A stretch of DNA of 64,000 nucleotides from contig NC_090365.1 in the NCBI RefSeq assembly GCF_035084215.1, positions 2,418,001 to 2,482,000 of the forward strand, in the 5' to 3' direction. The notes below the pieces were generated by a model, which searched no databases, was not told where the DNA came from, and saw only the letters and a list, made by a program, of their open reading frames with translations. The translations under genes were made by a program, and so were the position numbers. This document shows, piece by piece, positions 41,401 through 51,545 of this stretch (within the stretch, counting starts at the first letter, position 1; every line of letters begins with the position of its first letter). The stretch comes from Heptranchias perlo. Lineage: Eukaryota.

Positions 41401-44400
41401 CCTTCAATACACCAAGCCCTTTTACAACTTAAATCACAGGACAGGCAGGTTACGCAAGGCAGCTGTGGGTTTTGTGAAAGAAATGGCTTTTGTGGAATGG
41501 CAAGCTCTATACCCAGCATGCACAGTGGCAGAGAAACTGCTCTATCTCTGGGATTGAATGCTTGCAGGGCTCTGTCTCTGGGACTGAATGTTTGCAGGGC
41601 TCTCTCTCTGGGACTGAATGCTTACAGGGCTCTGTCTCTGGGATTGAATGTTTGCAGGGCTCTCTCTCTGGGACTGAATGCTTACAGGGCTCTGTCTCTG
41701 GGACTGAATGTTTTCAGGGCTCTGTCTCTGGGATTGAATGTTTGCAGGGCTCTCTCTCTGGGACTGAATGCTTACAGGGCTCTGTCTCTGGGACTGAATG
41801 TTTGCAGGGCTCTCTCTCTGGGTTTGAATGTTTTCAGGGCTCTCTCTCTGGGATTGAATGTTTGCAGGGCTCTGTCTGGGACTGAATGCTTACAGGGCTC
41901 TCTCTCTGGGTTTGAATGTTTTCAGGGCTCTGTCCCAAGGGATAGAATGGTTTCTCTGCCGCTATGGATGCTGGGTAAAGAACTCCTCATTCCACTAAAA
42001 ATGTTTACAATGCATACAAAGACCATTTTGAAAATAAGGACACCAACAAAAGAATGACAGCTGATGCCAGTCCCTAAGGTGTCCGTAATTTATAGGTTTC
42101 ACTGTACATTAACTGTCCGTGCCATCCATGTGACTGAGTATCTTGCACTGCAATTGAGAGATGAGTTGTTCTGATTCCTTTGTCTTAACTCATTCTGGAT
42201 GCATCCCACCTCCAGTTATGGGGTTAGGGTTGGGGTTGGGTTTAGGGTTGGCGATTGCATTGGACACCATTGTGGTTTGCAGGGAATGATTGACAGCACC
42301 CTCCAGCCATTTAACATTCTGGAAGTCATTTTGGAACCAGGCGTTGATCAAACCCCATTGAGTTTTTCCAACGTTCATTTCTAAGCCCAACTTGGACATG
42401 ATTTTCCTGCAAAATAACATCATTTTAAAAAAATCCAGAAGATCGCCCTTGTTGTTGCTCACAGTGAGTCGTTAGGACACGGCCAGAATTAAACCATGTA
42501 AAACATTCGTCACCTCCAGACCTAAAATGCACCTCACTGCGTCCCACACTCCCTCCGTAAACATCAACTTATATAAAATTCCACCTGCATGCAGTCCCAC
42601 ACTAAATCTCACTTGCCCATCTCTCCAATCTTCACTGACCTACCTGTCCCTCAATAGATTGATTTCAAAATCCTGGTTCTCTTAAAAATATCACCGTGGC
42701 CTTGACCCACCCGACGTTTCTCATGTCCTCCACCTCATTCCCCCATCCCAAGCCCTTCCTTCCACTAACCCTAGTTTCCTCCACTTCCCTCCCTTCTACC
42801 AGTGGTCGAGTGTTGTTAATAGGCACATTTGGGAGGTCAATTAGAGGTTAATTGCTGGAGAAGGTTCCCTGTAGATTGGCAACTGCTTGTAAATCCCCAA
42901 CTTCACTCCAAAGGTCAGAAGGAAAAGATTGTTTTTGTATTCCTCTTTTGTTTAGGTTAAGTTAGATACGGACATTTGCACGTGTGACAAAGTATGACAG
43001 CTAATGTGAAAGGAATAAATCAACAGATAGATTATGGCAGATGTCAATGATAACATTGTCACCACCACCACAAGTATCATGAAAGTTCTCCCTCTGTCTT
43101 GCAAGCCAACTAACCAGGTGATGGAGATCGTTGAACATGAGATACCTTTCTGGCCCCCACAAGTTTGTAATAATGACTGCGCACTGTCATGGTGTCAGGT
43201 GTGGCTCAGTGGATCACACTCTTGCTTCTGAGTCAGAAGGTTGTGGGTTTAATCCCCACTCCAGAGACTAGAGTACAAAATCTAGGCTGATCTTCCTAGT
43301 ACAGTACTGAGTGCTGCACTGTCGGAGGTGTTGTCTCTCGAATGAGATGTGGCCCCGTCTGCCCTCTCGGGTGGATGTAAACAATCCCATGGCACTATTT
43401 CGAAGAAGAGCAGGGGAGTTCACCCCAGTGTCCTGGGCCAATATTTATCCCTCAACCAACATTACTAAAAAAACAGATTATCTGGTCATTTATCACATTG
43501 CTGTTTGTGGGATCTTGCTGTGCGCAAATTGGTTGCTGCGTCTCCTACATTACAATAGTGGCCACACTTCAAAAGTACTTCATTCGCTGTAAAGCGCTTT
43601 GGGACGTCCTGAGGTCGTGGAAGGAGATATATAAATGCAAAGCCTTTCTTTCATGTGCCAGGACGAATATAGAAGCTTTAAGAAAGTTCCTTGTTTACAC
43701 ATCTTATGACTGAAAAATAATCAAATCTGCCGCTCAGAGACAAGTAAAAACTGCAAGTTTGTGGAAATTCCTACAACTCTTTTTCACTTTTCAGTTTCAA
43801 TTTTAACTTTGTACACATCACACATTATAGTTATTGACATTTCTGCAGGGATTTCCCCTCATCCAAAGACTTCAACCGTCAAACTTAAAGGATGCCTGAG
43901 AAACAAAATTGTTTTCTCATCATCATTTTTTTTTCACTCTGCTGTTTTTTGCTGAGTTGCACAGGGTCCTGTGCTTTGAACATGGGAACAGGAGCAGGCC
44001 ATTCAGCCCCTCGAGCCTGTTCCGCCACTCAATTAGATCATGGCTGATCTGAATCTTAACTCCATTTACCCGCCATGGTTCTGTAACCCTTAATCCCCTC
44101 GCCTAACAAAAATCTATCAATCTCAGTCAATTGACCCCCAGCCTCAACAGCTTTTTGGGGGGAGAGAGTTCCAGATTTCCTCCCCCCTTTGTGCGAAGAA
44201 GTGCTTCCTGACATCACCCCTGAACGGCCCGGCTCTAATTTTAAGGTTATGCCCCCTTGTTCTGGACTCCCTAGTCCAACCATCATCTTCACCTTGCATG
44301 TCTCTCCAAATTGAGTTCGAGTAAGATGAACTAATTATTCTTCTCACATCTTCAGCTTAAAGGTCACATGTCAGAGTGTCCCAAGGCTGAGGGATGTTGC

Positions 44401-47400
44401 AGTTTCAGCAACTATGGATGCACATTTAAGGTAAGTCCATATTCCAGGATCAAGAAATGTCAGCAAATGAGACCACAGATTGAGATTGTGAAGATGTGAG
44501 GGACACTGATTCGTTCCAACTCTATGCTGCCAACAAGTAACGCAACGAGTGCAGGCATCGAGAATTTAAGCTGTGAGGAAAGGTTACTGGGCTTGTAGTG
44601 TACGGGAAGGTTGAAGACTTTGAGGTGGCCTCATTGAAGTTGGCAGGATTATGAGGGAGCTGGCAAAATAGATCCAGGCAAACTGTTCACTGTGAAAAGC
44701 AGAGAAGTTATGTTAAATTTGTATAGAACCTTATACAAATTGTGAGCAGTTCTGGTCTCCATACTATAAAAAGGATATAGAGGCACTGAAGAAGGTGCAA
44801 AAAAGGATTTACAAGGATTATACCTCTCAGGAAAGATTGAACAGGCTGGGGCTCTTTTCTCTAGAAAAGAGAAGGCTGAGGGGTGACCTGATAGAGGTCT
44901 TTAAGATTCTGAAAGGGAGACGTAGAGAAAATGTTCCCACTTGTGGGGAGACCAAAACTAGAGGTCAAGAATATAAGATAATCACTAATAAATCCAATAA
45001 GGAATTCAGGAGAAACTCCTTTACCCAGAGAGTGGTGAGAATGTGGAACTCACTCCCACAAGGAGTAGTTGAGGCGAATAGCAAAGATACATTTAAGGGG
45101 AAGCTGGATAAACACATGAGGGAGAAATGAATAGAAGGATATGCTGATAGGGTGAGATGAAGCAGGGTGGGAGGAGGCTCGTGTGGAGCATAAACACCGG
45201 GATAGACCAGGTGGGCCGAATGACCTGTTTCTGTGCTGTAAATTCTATGTAATTCCATGTGATGGGTGAGTATGACAAAGTACACAAGTTTAAAAACTGG
45301 GGATTTAGAAGCAAGGAGTTACCCAAAGGATAATGGCTTTGAGAAATCTGTTACAAAGGTCAATGAAGTGACCATTATAAATGGTCAGTGAGCCAGGAGT
45401 GCAGCACAGTGCCCAGGTAACCTACTTCAATCCCCAGCCCAGAATCCAACACTGTCCAGCTCTATAACATGGCAGGGTGAAGCTTTGCTAATCAGTGAGG
45501 ACATTAAAATGTGTTATTCTTTCAACAAACAGGGAACAAATCAACGAACCAAGGATCATGAAAAACAATCTGTCCATCAACACTTGTTGCTGGTGTTGTT
45601 TAAAAACAAGGCACTGGAGGAAAAGGTAATGGATCTGGACTGAGAGGGATGTGCAGCATTGGCTTTGGTTTCGTCACTGAAGGGCCTGGAATGAAATCTC
45701 CCCCCAATCTATGCAGGAGGATCTCAGCTCAACCATGCTGGGTCCTGATGTAGTCGGCAAGTTTCCTGACTGCCTGCTCTATCATCTGCAACATTGGGAG
45801 TGGGGAGCCAGAACTTTCATGGGAAATTTATTTGGTATAAGTTGGTACTCTGCATCAAGAGTTTCAGTTGTGAGGAAAGGTTAAGCAAGTTGGGCTTGTG
45901 TATTTGAGGCGGCCTAATTGAAGTTGTCAGGAATTTATGTCTTACATAAGACAAGACTTTGGAACACTCCATGTTTTCCAGAACATCCTGGTGACATGGC
46001 CCTTTTACTGATATGAACCTCCATTTAGGTTTGAAAAGCCCCATTCTGAATACCTCCAATTTAAATTTCTACGTTAGGGGACAAGGAAGGGGTTTTGGGA
46101 CTAAAATTTCACATGTGGGGGGTGAATATCTGTGAATGCGAATCAGGTCTGATGCGATGAGGTGTTTTTGGCAAAATGTTATAATAACTCTCTGATTTCA
46201 TGGAAAAGGGGAAGAGAAACAAGATTATTTAATTTGGACTGTGAGCGCAGAACTAGAGGATGGGTGTAAAATGAACAATGTTCGCAGGGAGGCATCCTTG
46301 TTTTCAAATCCCTCCATGGTCTCGCCCCCCCCATCTCTGTAACCTCCTCCAGCCCTACAACCCTCCGAGATCTCTGCGTTCCTCTAATTCTGGCCTCTTG
46401 TGCATCCCCGATCTCCAAGCGGCCGTGCCTTCAGCTGCCTAGGCCCTAAACTCTGAGATTTCCTCCCTAAAACTCTCCACCTCTTTACATCTCTCCTCCT
46501 CCTTTAAGGCACTCCTGAAAACGCACCTCTGTGACCCACCTGTCCTAATATCTTTATGTGGCTCGGTATCAAATTTTGTCTGATAACACTCTTGTGAAGC
46601 GCCTTGGGACGTTTTACTGGGTTAAAGGCACTGTATAAATGCAAGTTGTTCTCATTGGAATGAAAGGAGATTTCTTCCCCACACACAGGATAATGGAGAT
46701 GTGGAATGGAGTTAGTGCTGTGCCAATTAACACCTTCAAAAAGAGTTGGATGGCCATCTGGTTAGGAATGGAATTGAGTGTTAGGAAGATAAATAGAGAC
46801 AGAAACAATCGAATGTTGTGTGGAGTATGATGGGCCCTAACTGCTGGAACCTTTGAAAGGCCATATCAAGGAAGGCAGGAATGTGGGAGGTGAGTTTGGA
46901 GAGGTCTTCAGGAGTTTGGCTTGAATTATCTTTGGGGATGGGAAAATCTTTGGCAGAACTTTCCCTCAGCAGATGAAATGGGTTGGTAGAGTTTGTGATC
47001 GAGCAGAGAATGTCATGTTCTGTTTGAGATATTCCTTACTTTATGATTAGTCAACAACTTTATTATAATTATATCGTGGGATGACCGGGCGGGTGGAGGG
47101 TGAACTAGGTATACCTTGGTCTTTTCTCATCTAGCAATTCCTACGTTCCTATTTTCAGAACTTTCCGGTGAAAGGGTTGATGGAGGAATATTGGGGATGG
47201 GAACCTAAAACGGGAAAACAGGAAAAGGGAATGATCAGTTAACAGAAGCTTGGCTGTACTCAGTTCAATCATGGCTTGACTTTACACGAAGCAGGAGAAT
47301 GAACATGAATCAAAGGTTATTGTAAATGCTTGGAGACCACATTCCTGTTTGGATTATCCTGATTCCAAGAGTGACAACTGATGGGTGACCTCAGCCTTAT

Positions 47401-50400
47401 AGGGTCTGTTCCATTGGGTTCTGTCAAATCTTGTAGATCCATGAGGGAGCATCGACATTTAATGTCACACAGAGATCAGCTTGACTCTGTCAGGGAGAAG
47501 GATATCTCAGGAATTCACACTGTACATGGCATGTCACCTTTGGTCTTTCTTTACAAAGAATGTGAGATATTTGCGCACTGAGCAAATACTGGGGGTGCCA
47601 CCCTCTGTCTCGTGCAGTAAAAGGTTTAGAGACATTCTCATTTAAATGGATAACACCCAGACGCTGACCAACCCCCTCCATTCCCAGGCGCATCCCTCCT
47701 CCCTCCATTCCCAGGCTCCTACCCCCTCCCTCCGTTCCCAGGCTCCTACCCCCTCCCTCCGTTCCCAGGCTCCTACCCCCTCCCTCCGTTCCCAGGCTCC
47801 TACCCCCTCCCTCCGTTCCCAGGCGCCTCCCTCCTCCCTCCGTTCCCAGGCGCCTCCCTCCTCCCTCCGTTCCCAGGCGCCTCCCTCCTCCCTCCGTTCC
47901 CAGGCGCCTCCCTCCTCCCTCCGTTCCCAGGCGCCTCCCTCCTCCCTCCGTTCCCAGGCGACTCCCTCCTCCCTCCGTTCCCAGGCGCCTCCCTCCTCCC
48001 TCCGTTCCCAGGCGCCTCCCTCCTCCCTCCGTTCCCAGGCGCCTCCCTCCTCCCTCCGTTCCCAGGCGCCTCCCTCCTCCCTCCGTTCCCAGGCGCCTCC
48101 CTCCGTTCCCAGGTCCCTACCACCCTGCTCCCTCCGTTCCCAGGCGCCTCCCTCCTCCCTCCGTTCCCAGGCGCCTCCCTCCGTTCCCAGGCGCCTCCCT
48201 CCTCCCTCCGTTCCCAGGCGCCTCCCTCCGTTCCTAGGTCCCTACCACCCTGCTCCCTCCGTTCCCAGGCGCCTCCCTCCGTTCCCAGGTCCCTACCACC
48301 CTGCTCTATTACCAAGCCCTAACCATCCTCCTCCATTCCCAGGTCCCTACCATCCCTCCTCCCCAAGCTTTTCCATTCCCAGATTTCTGAATTTTGGAAT
48401 AAGTTGAAAGAAAGCAGGAAGATAAAGAACTGGCAACAATAAAAGGAGAAAATGAAGCAAGCAGAGAGAGTGAAACTAAAATTCAGACGTGAGGTTCAAT
48501 CTTGGTGAATGGCAACATAAACCTAGCTGATTTAATTTGAGAAAGACATGATCAATACATAGGCTCTGATTGGTTCAGTTTGGTTTGAACCACAGTTCAG
48601 AGTTCAAGTTCTGCACCATTGGGGTCTTTCCTACTCTAAACTGCACCAAAAACAACAAACTGTCTGATTTCCTTATTCCATCCCCCAAACCCCTCCATTT
48701 TGTTTTAGGTGGAACACCATTCTGGGAAAGAGGGTATCGATCAATGCAGCTATTAAAAGGTAGGGGTTGACTGTGTAAAAATGTCTGTAATCTTCTATGG
48801 ATTGGAAGCCGCCTTAAAAAGCCTTTTGTTTTACCCCCAGGTCTCAGAACTTGAGAGTGAGGTGAAAGAGAAGATGACTGCATTACAAAAGTTGTCCAGT
48901 CAAATTCAGAAAATGGAGAAAGAAATGTCTTTAACGAGCCAATCAGTAAACAGAAGTGATATAAAACTGAACCAATCACAGGTCAGTTAAATAACAAAAC
49001 ATTCAATTCAGCCTATCACACGTCAAGGCCACACAGCAAAATCGACCAATCACAAATCAGTTACACATTGCCATCTCAACCAATCGCAGATCAGTTACAC
49101 ATTGCCAACTCAACCAATCATAGGTCAGTGCCACACAACAAAATCGACCAATCACAGGTCAGTTCCATACTGCCCTCTCAACCAATCACAGGTCAGGTCA
49201 ATACAACCATCTCAACCAATCACAGGTCAGTTCCACCCAGCAAAATCGACCAATCACAGGTCAGTTACGACATTGCCAGCTCAACCAAGCACAAGTCAGG
49301 TCAATACAGCAAACTCAACCAATCGCAGGTCAGTTCCGCACAGTAAACTTGGCCATGGAGCAAGCTTAACCAATCATATTTACTGTTACTGTCCCGGTAG
49401 CACAGTCCAACCCAACTGTCATCAATGGAACAGTTGTCATGTGACAATTAAACAGTGGCAAAATCTATTTTCTGTTGCAGAAAACACTGGCCATGCACGC
49501 CGACAAGTTGCGTCAGGTTGAACATGAGCTGTTGGAGAGATGCAAGTTAGAGGAGAATTTAAAGCGAGACATTCTGTTCGTAAAATATAGTACGGACAAC
49601 TTGTCCAGCAGGATGTCAACTCTAGAAAATGGCCAAAGCACACCATGTCTCTATAGAGGCAACAGTGGCCCAGGTGAGTTCAGTGGAGTTGAAGGGACGC
49701 TTGGTTATGTTGCATTCCTTTCCCTGTCTGGGGCGAGACCCAGTCCATGTTTTGTTTATGACCGTTCCACATTTTGTGCCCTATCATGGATGTAGTTCAG
49801 AGGTGTGGGAGGTTGATAGTCATTGATTTTGAAGAGTGAAATGTTTGATCTGATGATGCATGCTGTTGGTGCGTGAAGATCTCGTGTTGCAGAGTAGTAG
49901 GATGAAGGATCGGTCCTTTGACCTAGGACAAATTAAGTTCCCAATTTGGGTCTCGCCTTTGGGAGTGAGTGCTGAGCAGAGGCTAGATACTTTATCACAA
50001 GAAAGGATGGTAAAAACAGATGGTTGCTTTATTGGATCGTGATCCCATTACACTTCTCATAGGAAATTATGAATCCCAGAAGGAGTAATTGGCAGACCTT
50101 ATTTTTATTCTCTCTCTCTCTCTCTTTCTCTTTCTCGCTCTCATTTTTTCTCTCTCTTTCTCTCCCCATCTGCTACAACTTACCTTCTGTCTCATTCGCA
50201 CTCTTTGAACTTTGAAAGATGGGAAAGAAAGAAAGAAAGAGTTTGCATTTATATAGTGCCTTTCATGACCTTAGGATGTCCCAAAGCGCTATACAGCCAA
50301 TTTTATTTTACAGCCAATTTTAAAGTGTTGTAATGTAGGAAACGCAACAGACAATTTGGGCACAGCAAGATCCCAAAAACAGCAATGTGATAACGACCAG

Positions 50401-51401
50401 ATAATCTGCTTTTTTAGTGATGTTGGTTGAGGGATAAATATTGGCCCCAGGGCAATGGGGAGAATTGCCCTGCTCTTCTTCGAAATAGAGGCCATCAGAT
50501 CTTTTACATCCACTGCAGAGGGCAGACGGGGCCTCAGTTTAACGTCTCATCTGAAAGATGGCACCTCCGACAGTGCAGCACTCCCTCAGTCCTGCGCTGA
50601 GAGCATCACCCTGGAGGTGGGACTTGAACCAATGACCTTCTGCCTCAGAGGAGAGAGTGCTACCCACTGAGCCACGGCTGGAAAGAGTAGAAAAGTAGAT
50701 GAGGTTGATTAGGTGACGTTTAAGCTTGGATTTTAAACCAGCCCAGTCATCAGGGCTCCCTTTTTTGTGGGTTTTAACGCAGCGAGGCTATGGGAAGTAA
50801 AATATCCTCGGTTTCTGTTTCAGTGTCGGTCGAGCACCAAGTCGCCCAACACGACAACATGCTGAGTGTCCATGAAGTGCGACTGGCTGAGATCGACCTG
50901 CATTTCCAGGTGCTGGAAACGGCAAGCTACAACGGCAGGCTGATTTGGAAAATCCGGGACTACGCACGGCGGAAGCGGGAGGCGGTCTCCGGGACGACGC
51001 TGTCCCTCTACAGCCAGCCGTTCTACACCAGCTCCTTTGGTTACAAGATGTGTGCCAGGGTGTACCTCAATGGGGACGGGATGGGTAAGGGGACCCACCT
51101 GTCGCTGTTCTTTGTGGTAATGCGAGGGGAGTACGACCCACTGCTGCCCTGGCCTTTCAAGCAGAAGGTGACACTCACCTTACTGGACCAAGGTCCATGC
51201 AAGATGCACGTGTCGGACATATTCAAACCAGACCCCAACAGTAGCAGTTTCAGGGTGCCCCTGACGGAAATGAACGTTGCGTCTGGCTGCCCCCTCTTCA
51301 TGACTCAGACGGTGCTGGAGAACGAGACGCACCGTTACATAAAGGACGACACGATTTTCATCAAGGTAACCGTGGACACCTCAGACAATCCAGAGCTGTG
51401 A
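26174..51401 (+). CDS. TRAF3: TNF receptor-associated factor 3-like (TRAF3/TRAF5 family) gene, 10 coding exons, 576 aa
   Basis: Ten exons with canonical AG/GT boundaries join in frame (251+52+105+165+78+75+93+141+193+578=1731 nt). The product has a RING, TRAF-type zinc fingers, a coiled coil and a TRAF-C domain (LETASYNG.LIWKIRDY...SLYSQPFYT...RVYLNGDGMGKGTHLSLFFVVMRGEYD.LLPWPFKQKVTL...FKPDPNSSSF). Exon phases match the TRAF3/5 architecture. The symbol indicates the closest family member; orthology is not established. Confidence 0.93.
26755..27150 (-). mobile_element. CR1 3' fragment
   Basis: Reverse complement of the 258 family. Confidence 0.8.
27229..29276. mobile_element. PIF/Harbinger DNA transposon, deleted derivative with transposase (+) and Myb/SANT-like (-) remnants
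   Basis: TIR gggcccgatttta / taaaatcgggccc and TSD CAT. + strand 27714-28232 ...LLDLSEQQCTRRLRV...LPVAVKVTTAL...FQGATGDIADVSQS (Harbinger transposase N-part). - strand 28426-28938 ...ATRKAWLEVAEGV...TCTQCRRRSNDL (Myb-like). Confidence 0.9.
29476..29852. mobile_element. hAT-type MITE (same family)
   Basis: gggttgccaaccctccaggattg...gatggcaaccct. Confidence 0.65.
30086..30472 (+). mobile_element. L2-type LINE 3' fragment
   Basis: FKILILVFKS...FKTLLKTYLF. Confidence 0.8.
30709..30973. mobile_element. hAT-type MITE
   Basis: TIRs tagg(g)gttgccaac / gttggcaacccta; imperfect 8-bp TSD ttggtgac/ttgctgat. Confidence 0.7.
31540..31962 (+). mobile_element. tRNA-derived SINE sharing its 3' tail with the LINE at 11560
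   Basis: tRNA-like head tagtgtagtggtta. Tail ttcaagaagaaggcccaccac...gggatgggcaataaa...gcgacgcccacatccc matches the reverse complement of 11565-11660. Confidence 0.75.
32269..32320 (+). CDS. TRAF3: TRAF3-like coding exon 2 (RING C-part)
   Basis: ttttttctag|G TTC CCT GGT CAG GTT TGT CCA GCT GAT...GAG|gtaaat; 52 nt; (R)FPGQVCPADNDPLDGTE. Confidence 0.9.
32370..32810 (+). mobile_element. L2-type LINE 3' fragment
   Basis: LAPPYLCNLLQP...GGRAFSCLGPKLWNSLP. Confidence 0.8.
33626..33730 (+). CDS. TRAF3: TRAF3-like coding exon 3 (zinc finger 1)
   Basis: ttccacag|GTA...GAG|gtgagg; 105 nt; VFNDNCCRKEVLGLMVYCRNAKMGCKLQMALGALE, matching the TRAF3/5 VFKDNCCKRE motif. Confidence 0.93.
34280..35635 (-). 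mobile_element. CR1 ORF2 fragment, degenerate and internally deleted
   Basis: KSPGPDGF...NYRPISLTSV; QRRFTRIIPGL...SLEFGRLRSDLIKVF. Confidence 0.85.
36716..36880 (+). CDS. TRAF3: TRAF3-like coding exon 4 (zinc fingers)
   Basis: ccctctag|GGC...AAG|gtaaag; 165 nt; GHLNDCPFQQVQCSRSGCSELVLRQDLSDHLMYKCKYREVKCKYCQKETTLAELK. Confidence 0.93.
37670..38280 (-). mobile_element. CR1 3' fragment (different subfamily)
   Basis: EVYKIMKG...FSQGVVSLWNALP. Confidence 0.75.
38545..38995 (-). mobile_element. Deu-type tRNA SINE, full length
   Basis: Same family. Confidence 0.8.
39734..39811 (+). CDS. TRAF3: TRAF3-like coding exon 5 (zinc finger)
   Basis: tttcttctag|TCT...GAG|gtaggg; 78 nt; SHENSECPSSLITCLRNCGSRVHRAE. 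Confidence 0.9.
40110..40500 (-). mobile_element. CR1 3' fragment
   Basis: RTRGQNLKIRARPFRGDVRKHFFTQR. Confidence 0.85.
40678..41195 (-). mobile_element. CR1 3' fragment
   Basis: LERVQREFTRMVPG...SLEQRSLRGDLIEVFK. Confidence 0.85.
41255..42104. mobile_element. Tc1/mariner (Tigger/pogo-like) non-autonomous element
   Basis: TIRs cagtgaaacctgta / tataggtttcactg; TA at the right flank, TG at the left flank. Confidence 0.65.
41540..41935. repeat. 30-bp minisatellite (ctctctctgggactgaatgtttgcagggct)
   Basis: ~13 copies. Confidence 0.95.
43196..43650 (+). mobile_element. Deu-type tRNA SINE, full length
   Basis: A box gtggctcagtgg, B-box-like gggtttaatccc, same core and tail. Confidence 0.8.
43980..44272 (-). 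mobile_element. CR1 3' fragment
   Basis: Same family as 40110. Confidence 0.8.
44356..44430 (+). CDS. TRAF3: TRAF3-like coding exon 6 (zinc finger)
   Basis: atcttcag|CTT...AAG|gtaagt; 75 nt; LKGHMSECPKAEGCCSFSNYGCTFK. Confidence 0.92.
44545..45250 (+). mobile_element. CR1 3' fragments
   Basis: LGLFSLEKRRLRGDLIEVFK...FTQRVVRMWNSLP. Confidence 0.85.
45533..45625 (+). CDS. TRAF3: TRAF3-like coding exon 7
   Basis: caaacag|GGA...AAG|gtaatg; 93 nt; GTNQRTKDHEKQSVHQHLLLVLFKNKALEEK (cf. TRAF3 GTNQQIKAHE). Confidence 0.92.
46292..46650 (+). mobile_element. L2-type LINE 3' fragment
   Basis: Same family. Confidence 0.75.
47670..48362. repeat. 27-bp C-rich minisatellite (ccctcctccctccgttcccaggcgcct)
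   Basis: Over 20 copies, degenerating at the 3' end. Confidence 0.95.
48841..48981 (+). CDS. TRAF3: TRAF3-like coding exon 8 (coiled coil)
   Basis: ttttacccccag|GTC...CAG|gtcagt; 141 nt; VSELESEVKEKMTALQKLSSQIQKMEKEMSLTSQSVNRSDIKLNQSQ. Confidence 0.9.
48968..49378 (+). repeat. Degenerate 34-bp tandem array derived from the exon 8/intron junction
   Basis: Core (A/G)ACCAATCACAGGTCAG(T/G), with CCAAT-type cores at 48972, 49012, 49046, 49080, 49114, 49148, 49182, 49216, 49250, 49285, 49319, 49370. Confidence 0.9.
49481..49673 (+). CDS. TRAF3: TRAF3-like coding exon 9 (coiled coil)
   Basis: ttctgttgcag|AAA...CCA G|gtgagt; 193 nt, phase 1; KTLAMHADKLRQVEHELLERCKLEENLKRDILFVKYSTDNLSSRMSTLENGQSTPCLYRGNSGP. 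Confidence 0.9.
50240..50680 (-). mobile_element. Deu-type tRNA SINE
   Basis: Same family. Confidence 0.8.
50824..51401 (+). CDS. TRAF3: TRAF3-like terminal coding exon (TRAF-N end plus TRAF-C/MATH domain)
   Basis: tttctgtttcag|TG; ORF 50790..51401 gives HDNMLSVHEVRLAEIDLHFQVLETASYNGRLIWKIRDY...YIKDDTIFIKVTVDTSDNPEL*. Confidence 0.97.
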
Positions 51402-51539
51402 AACCCCTTCACTTGGTCCGTTTGAAGGGCGCTGGAATTGTGCAATAGTCCTACGATTAATAACTGACCATCCTTTGCATAGCCCATCGAATGTACAAAA
51501 AGACTTTCACTGTTTAGTACTAAGATCTGGGGCCAGGAC

Positions 51540-51545
51540 AATAAA
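51540..51545 (+). other. Candidate proximal polyadenylation signal
   Basis: AATAAA ~140 nt after the stop codon, followed by an AT-rich tract. Confidence 0.4.

Noticed and set aside
41490-42057. LRR-looking ORF (ALSLGLN repeats)
   Set aside because: 30-bp minisatellite inside a MITE, not an LRR gene
42220-42250. Telomere-like (TTAGGG) stretch
   Set aside because: Only about five degenerate units
43196-43270. tRNA-like A/B boxes here and in other copies
   Set aside because: SINE heads, not tRNA genes
30676-43857. Extra isolated kB-like 10-mers (30676, 43848)
   Set aside because: Number is within chance expectation and there is no supporting context
47646-48407. 253-aa Pro/Ser-rich ORF
   Set aside because: 27-bp minisatellite within a TRAF intron
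48968-49378. CRISPR-like appearance (constant core with variable spacers)
   Set aside because: Vertebrate intron, no cas genes; the spacers are short and related to each other, so this is a diverged tandem repeat
50782-50823. Upstream acceptor ttttaacgcag and ATG at 50790 for the last exon
   Set aside because: The acceptor is 41 nt upstream and would frameshift; homology starts at 50824
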